DNA of 54,300 bases from Candidatus Yanofskybacteria bacterium (GCA_003151795.1 PLYL01000006.1:1-54300); one strand, 5' to 3'. Positions 1 to 9,430 are shown, counted from the first letter of the stretch. The notes: generated from the sequence alone by a model not told the origin. Translations and numbers: made by a program.

Positions 1-146
1 CGCTGACTTGGCCGAGTCCAAGGCAAAATCGAGCATTCGACTAAGTCATATAGACATATGGCGAAGGGGAAGCGGAGATTTTAACGAAGGAATCGACCAA
101 GAGCCTGCTTAAGGGCCAGAAGGCCCAGCAGAGCGGTCAGCAAGTT

Positions 147-1493
147 CTATTCGGCGCCAGCCAAGAGTCCAAGCACCAGCCAAAATATCAGTCTCCCAGC
201 TTGAATGGTCCATAAATAATGGTCGAAGAGGCCCATAATTAAAACTGCAATGATAACCAGACTGAATGAGAAATGGTAAAGTTTTTTGAAACCCAAACGT
301 TTATAAAAATCATGGAGCAAAAATGTCAGGAAGAGTAGAAACAATGCGAGACCGATAATCCCCACTTCCGCGTAGATCAGCAAATAAATATTATGCACCG
401 GCTGGTACACTTCCCGATCGAGATGCAGGTTTTGGGTCATCAGCCACGGCACAAAATTGCCCATCCCGAGGCCGAAGACATTGTGCCCGCTGGCGATAGA
501 TTCGTGATTATATAAAACCCGAAACTGGACGGCTTCGTCAGCCGACGAAATCACCGATCGATTCGCGACGTACGGCCAATAGGCCGCGATAAACAAGACG
601 CCCACGGCAATTGTCGTCCAAAATATCTTCAAACTCCGCCGGCGCATTTCTTTGTCGTCCCAGAATTCTTTACGGAACCGAGGATAGAATCTGATTAATA
701 TCGAACGGATGATAAACGTAATCAGCCACAACCCGATAATCGTGCGGGAGAATGTCAGCAGAAACGCCCAGAGAATTAAAATGTGAAATATATGCCACCA
801 CCAATCGCTTTGCGCAATTTTCAATTTCTCTCCCTTCGGGAGATCTTTACGACAATTTTCAATTTCCAAAAAATAAAAAGTATTGAGAGCGACAAATAAA
901 TACAGCGCCAGCACGTTCGAATGGGGCGTCGTGCCATAGGCCCGCATGACTTTAATGCCGTTCACGTAAAACGCGGCAATCCCGCTCATGGCCGGTGCCA
1001 ACGGACTCTCACCCAAGTATTTCAGCCCCAGACCCCCCTGCGTCATGAACTGCGCAATGGCAATCACCGCCTGAAACGCTCCGCCCAGAACCAGCGCCAC
1101 GAAACCTTTGGACAACGAAAACCGTTTGAGCGCGTAATCTTTAATATAAAAATACAACGCCACGCCCTCAATTAATTTAACCCACTGAAAAACCGCCGTT
1201 TGGACATCGTGAGCGTTTATTATAGATAAACCGGCAACGACGACAAAAGCCAGCAAAAACCAATCGGCTGGTTTAGTTATCAGTTTCCATTTTCCAGTTT
1301 TCAATAAGTTATCAGTTTTCCAATTTACAAACCAGAAACCAAACAAAACTAACAGGAGCAAATCCGTGCCGTAAATGTACACCGCCGTCCATTCCACAAA
1401 ATTAAACGGCTCATACCAAAAAATATGCCTCACCGAAATCGGAATGGCAAATAAAAAAATATAGAACGCCCAGTTTTCGAGTTTTTTTAACAT
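147..1493 (-). CDS. O-antigen ligase / Wzy-like polytopic membrane protein
   Basis: 448-aa ORF with many hydrophobic helices and one larger loop, the general layout of the Wzy_C family. A weak hairpin (GGGCC-AGAA-GGCCC, 113-126) lies downstream. Confidence 0.55.
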   Translation of the reverse strand: MLKKLENWAFYIFLFAIPISVRHIFWYEPFNFVEWTAVYIYGTDLLLLVLFGFWFVNWKTDNLLKTGKWKLITKPADWFLLAFVVVAGLSIINAHDVQTAVFQWVKLIEGVALYFYIKDYALKRFSLSKGFVALVLGGAFQAVIAIAQFMTQGGLGLKYLGESPLAPAMSGIAAFYVNGIKVMRAYGTTPHSNVLALYLFVALNTFYFLEIENCRKDLPKGEKLKIAQSDWWWHIFHILILWAFLLTFSRTIIGLWLITFIIRSILIRFYPRFRKEFWDDKEMRRRSLKIFWTTIAVGVLFIAAYWPYVANRSVISSADEAVQFRVLYNHESIASGHNVFGLGMGNFVPWLMTQNLHLDREVYQPVHNIYLLIYAEVGIIGLALFLLFLTFLLHDFYKRLGFKKLYHFSFSLVIIAVLIMGLFDHYLWTIQAGRLIFWLVLGLLAGAE

Positions 1494-1505
1494 TAACGAG
1501 TACTT

Positions 1506-2264
1506 CTATTTCTTTGAGACGTAATCTATTACTTTGTCCCAATCAAGATTGTCTTTAGTATAAAAAAGCTCTACGACTTCCCTGGTCATTTCATTAATCT
1601 TTTTAATATACAATTCTTTGAATACTTCGTCTCTCTTTTTTGCTTCTTTTCCAAGCGGTTGAATTATTTTTTTATACAACTGTTCATCACCTGAAATTAA
1701 ATCCCAGAAAGACTGCCCGCATATTTTATGATAACTAAGATCAGGATTCTTACTCACTTTGTGGGGCTTATTATCGCGTCCGTAAATACAGCCGTTAACA
1801 GATATTATGTTAGTTTTATTTAATTCCGCTCGCAAAAGTTTTTTCGCAATTCTAAAATTTCTTTTCATCGTATTTATTTGGTCTGAATTCCCCCAATTTG
1901 GACCAGATTTGATACCTACTATATAAGTTTTATTATCGCGCTCAAATATTAAGTCTACACTTCGATATTTTTTCTCTTCGGCTTTCTTGCCATTAAATAC
2001 TTCTTCGCAAACGTGAATAGCAAGATTTTCCATTAAGTCACCAAAAATTGTCTCTTCTTGAGATGATAAAAATGCATCAAGAATACTTTTAGCCAAATCT
2101 CCAGCCATTTCTATGTTCTTTGCCTTAAATAAATAGGGATTCTTTCTTTTTGAAATAGTTGATAGCTTTGCTAGCTCGAGTTGGGCAAGCCTAATATCGT
2201 AAAATGGTTTAATGACATCGGAATCTATAAATGTATTTAATTTTTCGTAGTTTAAATTTTTCAT
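1506..2264 (-). CDS. putative type II restriction endonuclease (partner of the adjacent methyltransferase)
   Basis: The ATG at 2264 (MKNLNYEKL) lies 1 nt after the methyltransferase stop. The track ORF start at 2333 would overlap the MTase. The gene is AT-rich like the MTase. A possible PD-(D/E)XK-like core is VDLIFERDNKTYIVGIKSG. The family could not be named by eye. Confidence 0.5.
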   Translation of the reverse strand: MKNLNYEKLNTFIDSDVIKPFYDIRLAQLELAKLSTISKRKNPYLFKAKNIEMAGDLAKSILDAFLSSQEETIFGDLMENLAIHVCEEVFNGKKAEEKKYRSVDLIFERDNKTYIVGIKSGPNWGNSDQINTMKRNFRIAKKLLRAELNKTNIISVNGCIYGRDNKPHKVSKNPDLSYHKICGQSFWDLISGDEQLYKKIIQPLGKEAKKRDEVFKELYIKKINEMTREVVELFYTKDNLDWDKVIDYVSKK

Positions 2265-2265
2265 A

Positions 2266-3138
2266 TTATATTGTTTGTTTATTAATATTATCAAAAGCCA
2301 GTTTATGATATTCTTCCTGAATTTCAATACCAATAGAATTTCTGTCTAAATTGAAGGCAACTATAGATGTTGTGCCCGAACCTAAGAATGGGTCCAAAAC
2401 AGTATCACCAGGCTTTGTAAAAAGTTTAATAAACCATAAAGGAAGCTCTTTAGGAAAGACGGCGCTATGGCTTTTATTAGAGCTTTCAGTTGCCATCAAA
2501 AGTACGTTGGTCGGATATGCTAATTCACGACCAACCCATTTGGAAACATTTTTTCCAAAGCCACTACCAACTCTTGAATTGTCTCTTCGTTTATCAGTTT
2601 CGCTAAGATTTTTTAGTCGACTCTTGGCCCAGTCGCCCATAGGTACCCGTACTTCATCCTGGTACATATTAAAATCTTTTTGTTTATTGAATTGAAGAAG
2701 CCGTTCCCAGGAATCCCGGAAACGGTTAGGCCATTTTCCTGGAAAACAATTTTTCTTATGCCAAATGAACTCTTCTGTCCAAAACCAGCCCTGTTTCCTC
2801 ATTGCCACGATCAGCTCCATAACGTAGGTGTGTCTCTCGCTATTAACAACTTTTTCTTTTATATTCAAAACAAATGTTCCTTTTGGTTTTAATACACGTA
2901 GCAATTCTTTTGTTATAGGTAAAAACCACTCGACATATTTATCAGGGCCAACTCCTCCGTATGTACTTTTCCTTTGATCAGCATAAGGGGGTGATGTAAT
3001 AATTAAATCTACAGAATTATCTTCTAGATTTTTAAGAACATCAAGAGAATCACCGAGAATTATATCGGCTTTTATTTTCGTCCTTGCCTTCTGGTTAAAT
3101 AAGTCGTTTTTTAGGATGGTGTTAATGGTCATGAGCAA
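2266..3138 (-). CDS. DNA methyltransferase, beta-class N4-cytosine/N6-adenine (SPPY type)
   Basis: Motif IV (TSPPYADQR) is near the N-terminus and motif I (DPFLGSGTT) near the C-terminus. The order IV then I defines the beta class. SPPY rather than DPPY leans towards N4-cytosine. Confidence 0.85.
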   Translation of the reverse strand: MLMTINTILKNDLFNQKARTKIKADIILGDSLDVLKNLEDNSVDLIITSPPYADQRKSTYGGVGPDKYVEWFLPITKELLRVLKPKGTFVLNIKEKVVNSERHTYVMELIVAMRKQGWFWTEEFIWHKKNCFPGKWPNRFRDSWERLLQFNKQKDFNMYQDEVRVPMGDWAKSRLKNLSETDKRRDNSRVGSGFGKNVSKWVGRELAYPTNVLLMATESSNKSHSAVFPKELPLWFIKLFTKPGDTVLDPFLGSGTTSIVAFNLDRNSIGIEIQEEYHKLAFDNINKQTI

Positions 3139-3165
3139 ATTCTAACTTATCTAATACTTCTGGCA

Positions 3166-3200
3166 AGAACAAGAGAGCCCAATCTGGGCTCTCTTGTTCT
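3166..3200 (-). terminator. perfect 15-bp hairpin overlapping the stop codon of the DUF3892 gene
   Basis: AGAACAAGAGAGCCC (3166-3180) pairs with GGGCTCTCTTGTTCT (3186-3200) around a 5-nt loop. There is no clear U-tract. Confidence 0.45.
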
Positions 3201-3474
3201 AAATCTCTTCCAAAGAAAGCAAATTATCATTCCAATACCCATCAGCATAAGTTCGTAGATAAGGAGCCTTTCCTGGGTCATTTCTCACAACAGCTACTTC
3301 AACACGCTTCCTGTTTTGGGGATCAATAACATAAAAAGTGTCTGTGCGAGTATCTATTCTTCTTATCGCATCTTCCCTAGTCAATATCCACCCCACCCCA
3401 CCAACATGGGTTATATGCTCATGTGAACTAAAGCGATTCGGTTTCCTGATTCCAGTTATTTTTACGTCTGCCAT
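3199..3474 (-). CDS. DUF3892-like small protein
   Basis: 91 aa with HITHVGG, FYVIDP and a C-terminal YLRTYADGYWNDNLLSL, which matches my memory of the DUF3892 signature. Confidence 0.6.
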   Translation of the reverse strand: MADVKITGIRKPNRFSSHEHITHVGGVGWILTREDAIRRIDTRTDTFYVIDPQNRKRVEVAVVRNDPGKAPYLRTYADGYWNDNLLSLEEI

Positions 3475-3611
3475 TTTATTGAATCTTGAATATTTTTATT
3501 TACCCTTCGACCGATTTGAAATCCGTTTAGGTTACCTTAAATATAGCAACCGTATTTTATCCGTCAAGAGTGTCAAGTGGATAATTGACTAGACTATTAA
3601 TAACCTCACAG

Positions 3612-4742
3612 TTACTGTACAAACAGGAAATAAACAACCCCCACACTGAAAACAGTAATAAGTACATATAAAAGCCACGTAGGGATATTCATGCTGTATT
3701 CGGGAATACGGTCGCCTTTGGATTTGGCTTTGGCGTAGAGGAAGACGACCAGGATTTGTTCGATGGCCAGGGCGACACCGCCGGCGAGACTGATAATGCC
3801 GATGAAGGTGCGGATGCCGGCCAGGAACAAGACCATCGGCGGAGCGACAACCAGGAGCCAGGCGTTGAAGCGATGAATTTTAAAATCCTGATGAAAAGTG
3901 CTGGTCATCGCCGAAGCGAGCATCAAAAATGAAGTCGTGATGGCAAAGGCGCCAAAGAGCGAAATCAAGATGGTAATATTGCTTCCCAAAAATTGATACA
4001 AACCGGAAACCGCATCGGACGTAGTCGTCAGGCCGGAAACACCGACGACCGTCGTGGCAAAGACGGCGTAAAGGCCAGCCGTGAATAACACCGCCAAGCT
4101 GATGGCCGACCAGAGTTTGCGTTCCTGGCCGACGAGAAGCTGGCGCTGAATCGGCACGGCCAGTAATCCCCCGAAAGCAAAAAGCAAGACGCCATAAGGC
4201 AAAGCGAGGTTAGCTCGGTTAAAACCGGTGAAATTGGACAAATGAATCGAATGCCAGCCCGCAAACAAAATGAGGCCCATTACCGCGACAAATAGTCCGC
4301 TGAAAAATAATTCCACGTGGGAAACCGTTTTAATCCCCCGCAAAACCGCCAGCGAGAGGACAACGCCGAAGAGTACGCTGTATGTGGCCACGGGGGCATA
4401 GAAAAAAGGCGAGAGAAGCGTATTTAAAAAACCGCCGGAGATGATGATCGCGGCTAAGAGGCCGACATAACCCATCAGTACGGCCGAGAAAAAAAGCAGC
4501 CGCTGGGCAGACGGGCCGAGATAGAGCCGAGCGTAGCCCATAATCTGATGCTGGGCGTGCGTCCGCAGAATCACCTCGCCGTACATCAAATCAATCAGCA
4601 GGGTCGCCAAGCCAATCGCCACCAATAACCCCATCCCCACCCCAAAACCCGCTTGAGCAAAAGCGTACGGCAATCCGAAAATCCCAACTCCGACCATGCT
4701 TCCCACCAACACCGCGGTGGCATAAAAGAATTTTTTATTCAT
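3612..4742 (-). CDS. amino acid permease (aromatic amino acid / AAAP-like transporter)
   Basis: About 11 TM helices. The N-terminus MNKKFFYATAVLVGSMVGVGIFGLPYAF is typical of amino-acid transporters. I chose the start at ATG 4742 (M32 of the track ORF) because the terminator of the upstream gene lies at 4783-4814. Confidence 0.7.
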   Translation of the reverse strand: MNKKFFYATAVLVGSMVGVGIFGLPYAFAQAGFGVGMGLLVAIGLATLLIDLMYGEVILRTHAQHQIMGYARLYLGPSAQRLLFFSAVLMGYVGLLAAIIISGGFLNTLLSPFFYAPVATYSVLFGVVLSLAVLRGIKTVSHVELFFSGLFVAVMGLILFAGWHSIHLSNFTGFNRANLALPYGVLLFAFGGLLAVPIQRQLLVGQERKLWSAISLAVLFTAGLYAVFATTVVGVSGLTTTSDAVSGLYQFLGSNITILISLFGAFAITTSFLMLASAMTSTFHQDFKIHRFNAWLLVVAPPMVLFLAGIRTFIGIISLAGGVALAIEQILVVFLYAKAKSKGDRIPEYSMNIPTWLLYVLITVFSVGVVYFLFVQ

Positions 4743-4782
4743 ACTGAAAATAGTATACCAGTCAGACCCATAAAAAAGAAAC

Positions 4783-4814
4783 TGCCGAACGAGACCACTT
4801 GGTCTCGTTCGGCA
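4783..4814 (-). terminator. intrinsic terminator of ORF 4825-6132
   Basis: A 14-bp stem (TGCCGAACGAGACC / GGTCTCGTTCGGCA) with a 4-nt loop, followed in - sense by GTTTCTTTTTTA. Confidence 0.75.
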
Positions 4815-4824
4815 TGACACTTGT

Positions 4825-6132
4825 TCATCCTGCAAACGGTCTGCAGATTGCCCGCTTCGTTTCGTAGTAGCGGAGACGAAGCGTGCGACGTTCGGGCGGC
4901 AACGCCTTCAAGGTCGCTGCATAAGAAGCCTCTGCCGACGTGGGGCATGTGAGGTACCGATACGCATCATTGATGCTTCGTTCAGCCCGCTCTTCTGCGA
5001 GCCGCTTCTGTTCAGACTTGTACTCCGCAGTCTTCTGGTATTCGAGTTGCCGAAGACCGAGCCAGATCGACAGAGCCACGACGGCTACACTTGCTACCAA
5101 TATGGCTCCGAGGGTCAGGCCAATCTTAACCAACAGGACCCACCCCAGCAGTTTCAGTTCCAAAGCCAATTGGAAAAAAAACTTCGCTGGAGCCCACAGA
5201 ACCACCATGAGAGCCGATAGATACCCGATATCCAGTCGCTCGTGTACGATGTGGATAGTGGCGAAATAGAGCAAGAATGCCGCCGGGCTGATCAATAAGC
5301 GAAAAGGAACCCACTTACCGTCGGCACGTTGAACACTCCACGCGCTTCGCATGTGGATTAACGGACGTTTGAACCCATACTGGGGCATATAGACCGTCGG
5401 CCAGATCTCGTCGATGTCGCCAAGGAAAACTTGCCGCCAGTCCAAGTCTCTCGCGACAACGAGCGCCGAACCGAGAAAAACCGCCATGCGAACGACGGCT
5501 TTGACTGTCCACCAGAATAGCATCACAATGAGCTGATAAGTGAACGCGCCAATCATTCGGCGGCGGAACGCGCACTGATCTACAGGCGCGAAATCAAACC
5601 ACAGATTGACGTAGCGTTGCAACCACTGGGACGGTTCTGCGGCAAAGTGGCCCTTGTCCACCTCGACCTCAAGCGGGTCAGCTTGAGGTAGCTTGGAAGC
5701 GCCGAACGGAACCGAGGAAAAGTACTCCTTAATTTCGGTTCGGTCGGCGTCCAGTATGTCCTCCTCGTAGTACCTAGAATTTCTCCGGGATAGCACCTCT
5801 TTGCGAAGTTTCTTCATCTGGTTCGAATACGGCCAGATGAGACGGGCAAAGATCAAGTGCTTGCCAGGGAACCGGAAGCCAACGTACGTCATGGCTTCCT
5901 CGAACGGGCGGAGTTGGCGGTCTTCCGCGCCGTTTTCGTAAGCAACGGTGATCAGGACTTGCACTTGCGTCGCCTTTACTTCGAGAAGCTTGGCTCGATC
6001 GGAAGGGTCGATGCACCACCGAAGAGGGATGGTTGGATTATCCAGCCCTCCTTTGTCTGTAAGCAATCTCAACATGACTACCTTTTCTGCTACTTTCGGA
6101 TGATATCCGTGGCGTAGCGCCAAAATTTTCAA
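4825..6132 (-). CDS. hypothetical membrane protein: soluble N-domain, about 5 TM helices, charged C-tail
   Basis: 435-aa ORF, GC-rich (about 57% in a hand-counted line). It has its own promoter and terminator. The start is uncertain: TTG at 6132 or ATG at 6075. No family recognised. Confidence 0.5.
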   Translation of the reverse strand: MKILALRHGYHPKVAEKVVMLRLLTDKGGLDNPTIPLRWCIDPSDRAKLLEVKATQVQVLITVAYENGAEDRQLRPFEEAMTYVGFRFPGKHLIFARLIWPYSNQMKKLRKEVLSRRNSRYYEEDILDADRTEIKEYFSSVPFGASKLPQADPLEVEVDKGHFAAEPSQWLQRYVNLWFDFAPVDQCAFRRRMIGAFTYQLIVMLFWWTVKAVVRMAVFLGSALVVARDLDWRQVFLGDIDEIWPTVYMPQYGFKRPLIHMRSAWSVQRADGKWVPFRLLISPAAFLLYFATIHIVHERLDIGYLSALMVVLWAPAKFFFQLALELKLLGWVLLVKIGLTLGAILVASVAVVALSIWLGLRQLEYQKTAEYKSEQKRLAEERAERSINDAYRYLTCPTSAEASYAATLKALPPERRTLRLRYYETKRAICRPFAG

Positions 6133-6160
6133 GTTACTGAATCTGCTCCTGCTAGGCCAT

Positions 6161-6189
6161 ATAATACAACATGAACACTAATTTAGCAA
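6161..6189 (-). promoter_or_regulatory. sigma70-like promoter for ORF 4825-6132
   Basis: In - sense: TTGCTA, 17-nt spacer, TATTAT. Confidence 0.5.
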
Positions 6190-6220
6190 ATCAAAAAGAT
6201 TTAAAGAGTGGACCGAGCGA

Positions 6221-8551
6221 TTACTTGAGAGCCACCTTTAGCACTTCATCCATCGTCTTCACGAAGAAGAATTTGATGTCGCGTTGGATTTCTTTAGGGA
6301 TATCGATAAGGTCTTTTTTGTTTTCGAACGGCGCGATAACGGTTTTGATGCCGGCCCGATGGGCGGCGAGAACTTTTTCTTTCAATCCGCCGATGCCGAG
6401 CACTTTGCCGCGCAACGTGACCTCGCCGGTCATGGCCACTTCTTTGCGGACAAGACGTTTGAGGAATAAAGAAACCAGAGTCGTGGTAATGGCGATACCC
6501 GCCGACGGACCTTCTTTTTTGACCCCGCCGGACGGCGCGTGCAGATGGATATCTTCCTTGCGCAAATCTTCCTTAACGCCATTGCGCGCGGCGTAGGCCC
6601 GGGCCCACGAGAGCGCGGCTTGAGCTGATTCTTTCATCACGATACCCAGCTGGCCCGTCAAGATTAGTTTTCCGGTGCCCGGCATACGGATGGCTTCGAT
6701 GTTAATCAAGTCTCCGCCGACGGGCGTCCAGGCCAAACCGGTCGCTCGGCCGATTTCATCCTTCTGCTCGGCCACGTCGTAGGTGAATTTAATCGGGCCA
6801 AGATAGGTCTCAATGGCTTCTTTGCCGACGCTGATGGTTTTGGTCGAAGATGATTCCACCAGTTTGCGGGTAATTTTGCGGATAACAGTGGCGAGCTGGC
6901 GTTCGAGCTCGCGGACGCCGGCTTCGCGGGTGTGATTGCGGATGACGTCCATCACCGCCGAGTCTTGGAAAGTTAAACTGCGCTTTTTTAAGCCGTGGTC
7001 TTTGAAAAGCCGCGGCAAAAGGAAATTCTTGGCGATATGGAATTTCTCCTGTTCGGTGTAGCCTGGGAATTCAATAATTTCTAAGCGGTCGCGCAAGGCC
7101 GGCGGAATCGTATCGAGGCGGTTGGCTGTGGCGATGAACAATACATCGGACAAATCAAACGGCACTTCCAGATAATGATCCGAGAAGGCGTGGTTCTGTT
7201 GCGGGTCGAGAGCTTCGAGCAAAGCCGAAGACGGGTCGCCTCGGAAATCCGAACCGACTTTGTCGATTTCATCGAGCATAAAGACGGGATTTCTGACTTT
7301 GGCGGTTTGAATGCCCTGAATCAACCGGCCGGGCATGGCGCCGACATAAGTCCGGCGGTGGCCGCGGATTTCGGCTTCATCCCGCAAACCGCCCAGCGAG
7401 ACGCGGGCAAATTTACGGCCGAGGGCGCGAGCGATGGACTGGCCGACCGAAGTCTTGCCCGTCCCTGGCGGACCGACCAGACAGAGAATCGGGCCCTTTA
7501 ATTTGCCGACTTGTTTTTGGACGGCGAGGTATTCCAGGACGCGTTCTTTAACTTTCGGCAAACCGTAGTGGTCTTCGTTGAGGATTTTCTCGGCTTCTTT
7601 TAAATCAATTTTTTCTTTGGTTTTCTTGGCCCAGGGCAATTCACTCAATAAATCTAGGTAACTGCGGATATACGAACCTTCGGGATTGAAGGCCGGCATC
7701 TTACCCAATCGGCCCAATTCTTTGAGGGCTTTTTCTTGGACGTCTTTAGGCATGCCGGCAGACATAATCTTGGCGCGGATGGAGACCAGCTCGTCTTTCT
7801 CATCATCGACGCCGAGTTCTTTTTCGATGCTCTTTAATTGCTCGCGGAGAAATAACTCTTTCTGCATCTTGCCGATTTGTTTTTTAGTTTCTTTGACGAC
7901 GCTCTTTTCGGTTTCCAGAATCTGGACTTCGCGCGAAAGATACATATTGAGCTGGCGCAAAATATCAAGCATGCTTTCCAGTTCCAGGATGCGCTGCTGA
8001 TTCTCGACTTCCAAATTCAAATTTACCGTCATCAGGCTGGCGATGTGCTCGGTGTCTTTGAGCTGGGACATCATATAAATAATTTCGGGCAGGATGGTCG
8101 GGAAAGAACGGGCTTCGGAAATAACTCGAAATTGCTCAATCGCTCGGCGCAGGATAGCCTTTTCGTCCAGGCTGTCGCGGATAATCAGGGCCATCGGTTC
8201 GGCATTCACCCGCAGAAACGGCTCTTCAGACACAAAGTCAGTAATGCGCGCTCGAACGAGACCTTCAACGTCAATCTTAGAGGAACCGTCGGGCAGTTTA
8301 AAAACCGAAACAATCCGGCCGATGGTGCCAACCTCGAATAAATCATTGCGAGAAATATCGTCTTCGCTATTCTTTTGGGTTACAAAGAGAACGAGCCGGT
8401 TGTGGGCCTGGGCGAATTCCAGCGCCCCGATCGATTTCGGACGCTGAATAATAATCGGGATGACGATCTTGGGGAAGAGCACGGTATTCTTGAGGGCAAT
8501 CACCGGCAATTCCTCGGGGATAATAATGTTGTTGATTTTGAATTCGGACAT
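6221..8551 (-). CDS. lon: ATP-dependent Lon protease (LonA)
   Basis: 776 aa. It has an N-terminal LON domain, the Walker A motif GPPGTGKTS, and a C-terminal protease with the PSAGIA serine motif. Confidence 0.95.
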   Translation of the reverse strand: MSEFKINNIIIPEELPVIALKNTVLFPKIVIPIIIQRPKSIGALEFAQAHNRLVLFVTQKNSEDDISRNDLFEVGTIGRIVSVFKLPDGSSKIDVEGLVRARITDFVSEEPFLRVNAEPMALIIRDSLDEKAILRRAIEQFRVISEARSFPTILPEIIYMMSQLKDTEHIASLMTVNLNLEVENQQRILELESMLDILRQLNMYLSREVQILETEKSVVKETKKQIGKMQKELFLREQLKSIEKELGVDDEKDELVSIRAKIMSAGMPKDVQEKALKELGRLGKMPAFNPEGSYIRSYLDLLSELPWAKKTKEKIDLKEAEKILNEDHYGLPKVKERVLEYLAVQKQVGKLKGPILCLVGPPGTGKTSVGQSIARALGRKFARVSLGGLRDEAEIRGHRRTYVGAMPGRLIQGIQTAKVRNPVFMLDEIDKVGSDFRGDPSSALLEALDPQQNHAFSDHYLEVPFDLSDVLFIATANRLDTIPPALRDRLEIIEFPGYTEQEKFHIAKNFLLPRLFKDHGLKKRSLTFQDSAVMDVIRNHTREAGVRELERQLATVIRKITRKLVESSSTKTISVGKEAIETYLGPIKFTYDVAEQKDEIGRATGLAWTPVGGDLINIEAIRMPGTGKLILTGQLGIVMKESAQAALSWARAYAARNGVKEDLRKEDIHLHAPSGGVKKEGPSAGIAITTTLVSLFLKRLVRKEVAMTGEVTLRGKVLGIGGLKEKVLAAHRAGIKTVIAPFENKKDLIDIPKEIQRDIKFFFVKTMDEVLKVALK

Positions 8552-8560
8552 GGGGAAAAA

Positions 8561-8676
8561 GAATTAAGAAGTTAGAATTAAGAATTACGAATCAGGCCAA
8601 CCAATTTATCATATTCTACACTAATTTTTAAATAAAAGCAAACAGGCCTTAATTCTTAATTCGTACTTCTTAATTC
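8561..8676 (-). repeat. 26-bp-arm inverted repeat spanning almost the whole LOG-lon intergenic region
   Basis: GAATTAAGAAGTTAGAATTAAGAATT (8561-8586) pairs with AATTCTTAATTCGTACTTCTTAATTC (8651-8676). The pairing is 12 bp, a 2-nt mismatch, then 12 bp. Confidence 0.8.
8613..8641 (-). promoter_or_regulatory. sigma70-like promoter for lon, inside the loop of the inverted repeat
   Basis: In - sense: TTGCTT, 17-nt spacer, TAGAAT. Confidence 0.55.
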
Positions 8677-8683
8677 TGGTTTT

Positions 8684-9430
8684 CTAGTAGAAGAAGTCTT
8701 CGCGGGCGGGGGCGGTTTTGACGATTTCAAAAGCTTCTTGAGCGGTGTCGACAATGGTGTAGAGTTTCAAATCAGCCTCATCAATGGCGTGCAACTTGGT
8801 AAATATTTCTTCGGCCAGCCATTGGTGGATCGGACTCCAAAATTCTTTGCCGACCAGCACCACGGGAATTTTGTCGGATATTTTCTTGGTCTGAATGAGG
8901 GTCAGAATTTCAAAAGCTTCGTCGAGCGTGCCCAAACCGCCTGGGAAAAATACATAAGCTCGGGCGGCGTACGAAAGCATCAGTTTACGGACGAAAAAAT
9001 AATGAAAAGCGGATGATTCTTTGACGTACGGATTGATGCGCTGTTCGGCCGGCAGTTTTATGTTGAGCCCTATCGAGACCCCGCCGGATTCGGTCGCGCC
9101 TTCATTGCCCGCCTGCATAATGCCAGGGCCGCCGCCGGTAACAATACCGAATCCTTCCCCAACCAGCAGTTTGCCGAGAGTGCGCGCTTCTTCGTACCAT
9201 TTATCGCCGGGCTGGAACCGGGCCGAGCCGAAAAAGGTAATCGTTTTTTTGTAATCGGCCAAAAACTGCCAGCCGTCGATAAATTCGGCGATAATCCGAA
9301 AAACCCGCCAATGCAATGATGACCGAAAATCATCCGGCTCGCGGCTCGACGGCAATTTCGACGCCGGCACGTTCATATTCCCCTGGCTCGAAACCGGAGC
9401 GCTAGCTGGTTGAGTGTCTTCTGTTGGCAT
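8684..9430 (-). CDS. LOG family / TIGR00730 Rossmann-fold protein
   Basis: The motifs GGGPGIMQAGNEGA and PGGLGTLDE are present. Confidence 0.8.
   Translation of the reverse strand: MPTEDTQPASAPVSSQGNMNVPASKLPSSREPDDFRSSLHWRVFRIIAEFIDGWQFLADYKKTITFFGSARFQPGDKWYEEARTLGKLLVGEGFGIVTGGGPGIMQAGNEGATESGGVSIGLNIKLPAEQRINPYVKESSAFHYFFVRKLMLSYAARAYVFFPGGLGTLDEAFEILTLIQTKKISDKIPVVLVGKEFWSPIHQWLAEEIFTKLHAIDEADLKLYTIVDTAQEAFEIVKTAPAREDFFY

Noticed and set aside
1-146. The window start resembles a tRNA: TGGCCGAGTCCAAGGCA looks like the D-arm of a class II tRNA, and GGTCGATTCC on the - strand resembles a T-loop.
   Set aside because: I could not build a full cloverleaf on either strand. There is no 5-bp anticodon stem with a 7-nt loop, no proper GTTCGAATC T-loop and no matching acceptor. 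The region more likely contains only the weak terminator hairpin at 113-126.
8561-8590. The short tandem repeats GAATTAAGAA..GAATTAAGAA might be part of a CRISPR-like or tandem-repeat array.
   Set aside because: There are only two units per arm. They belong to a single inverted repeat, and there are no spacers or further units.
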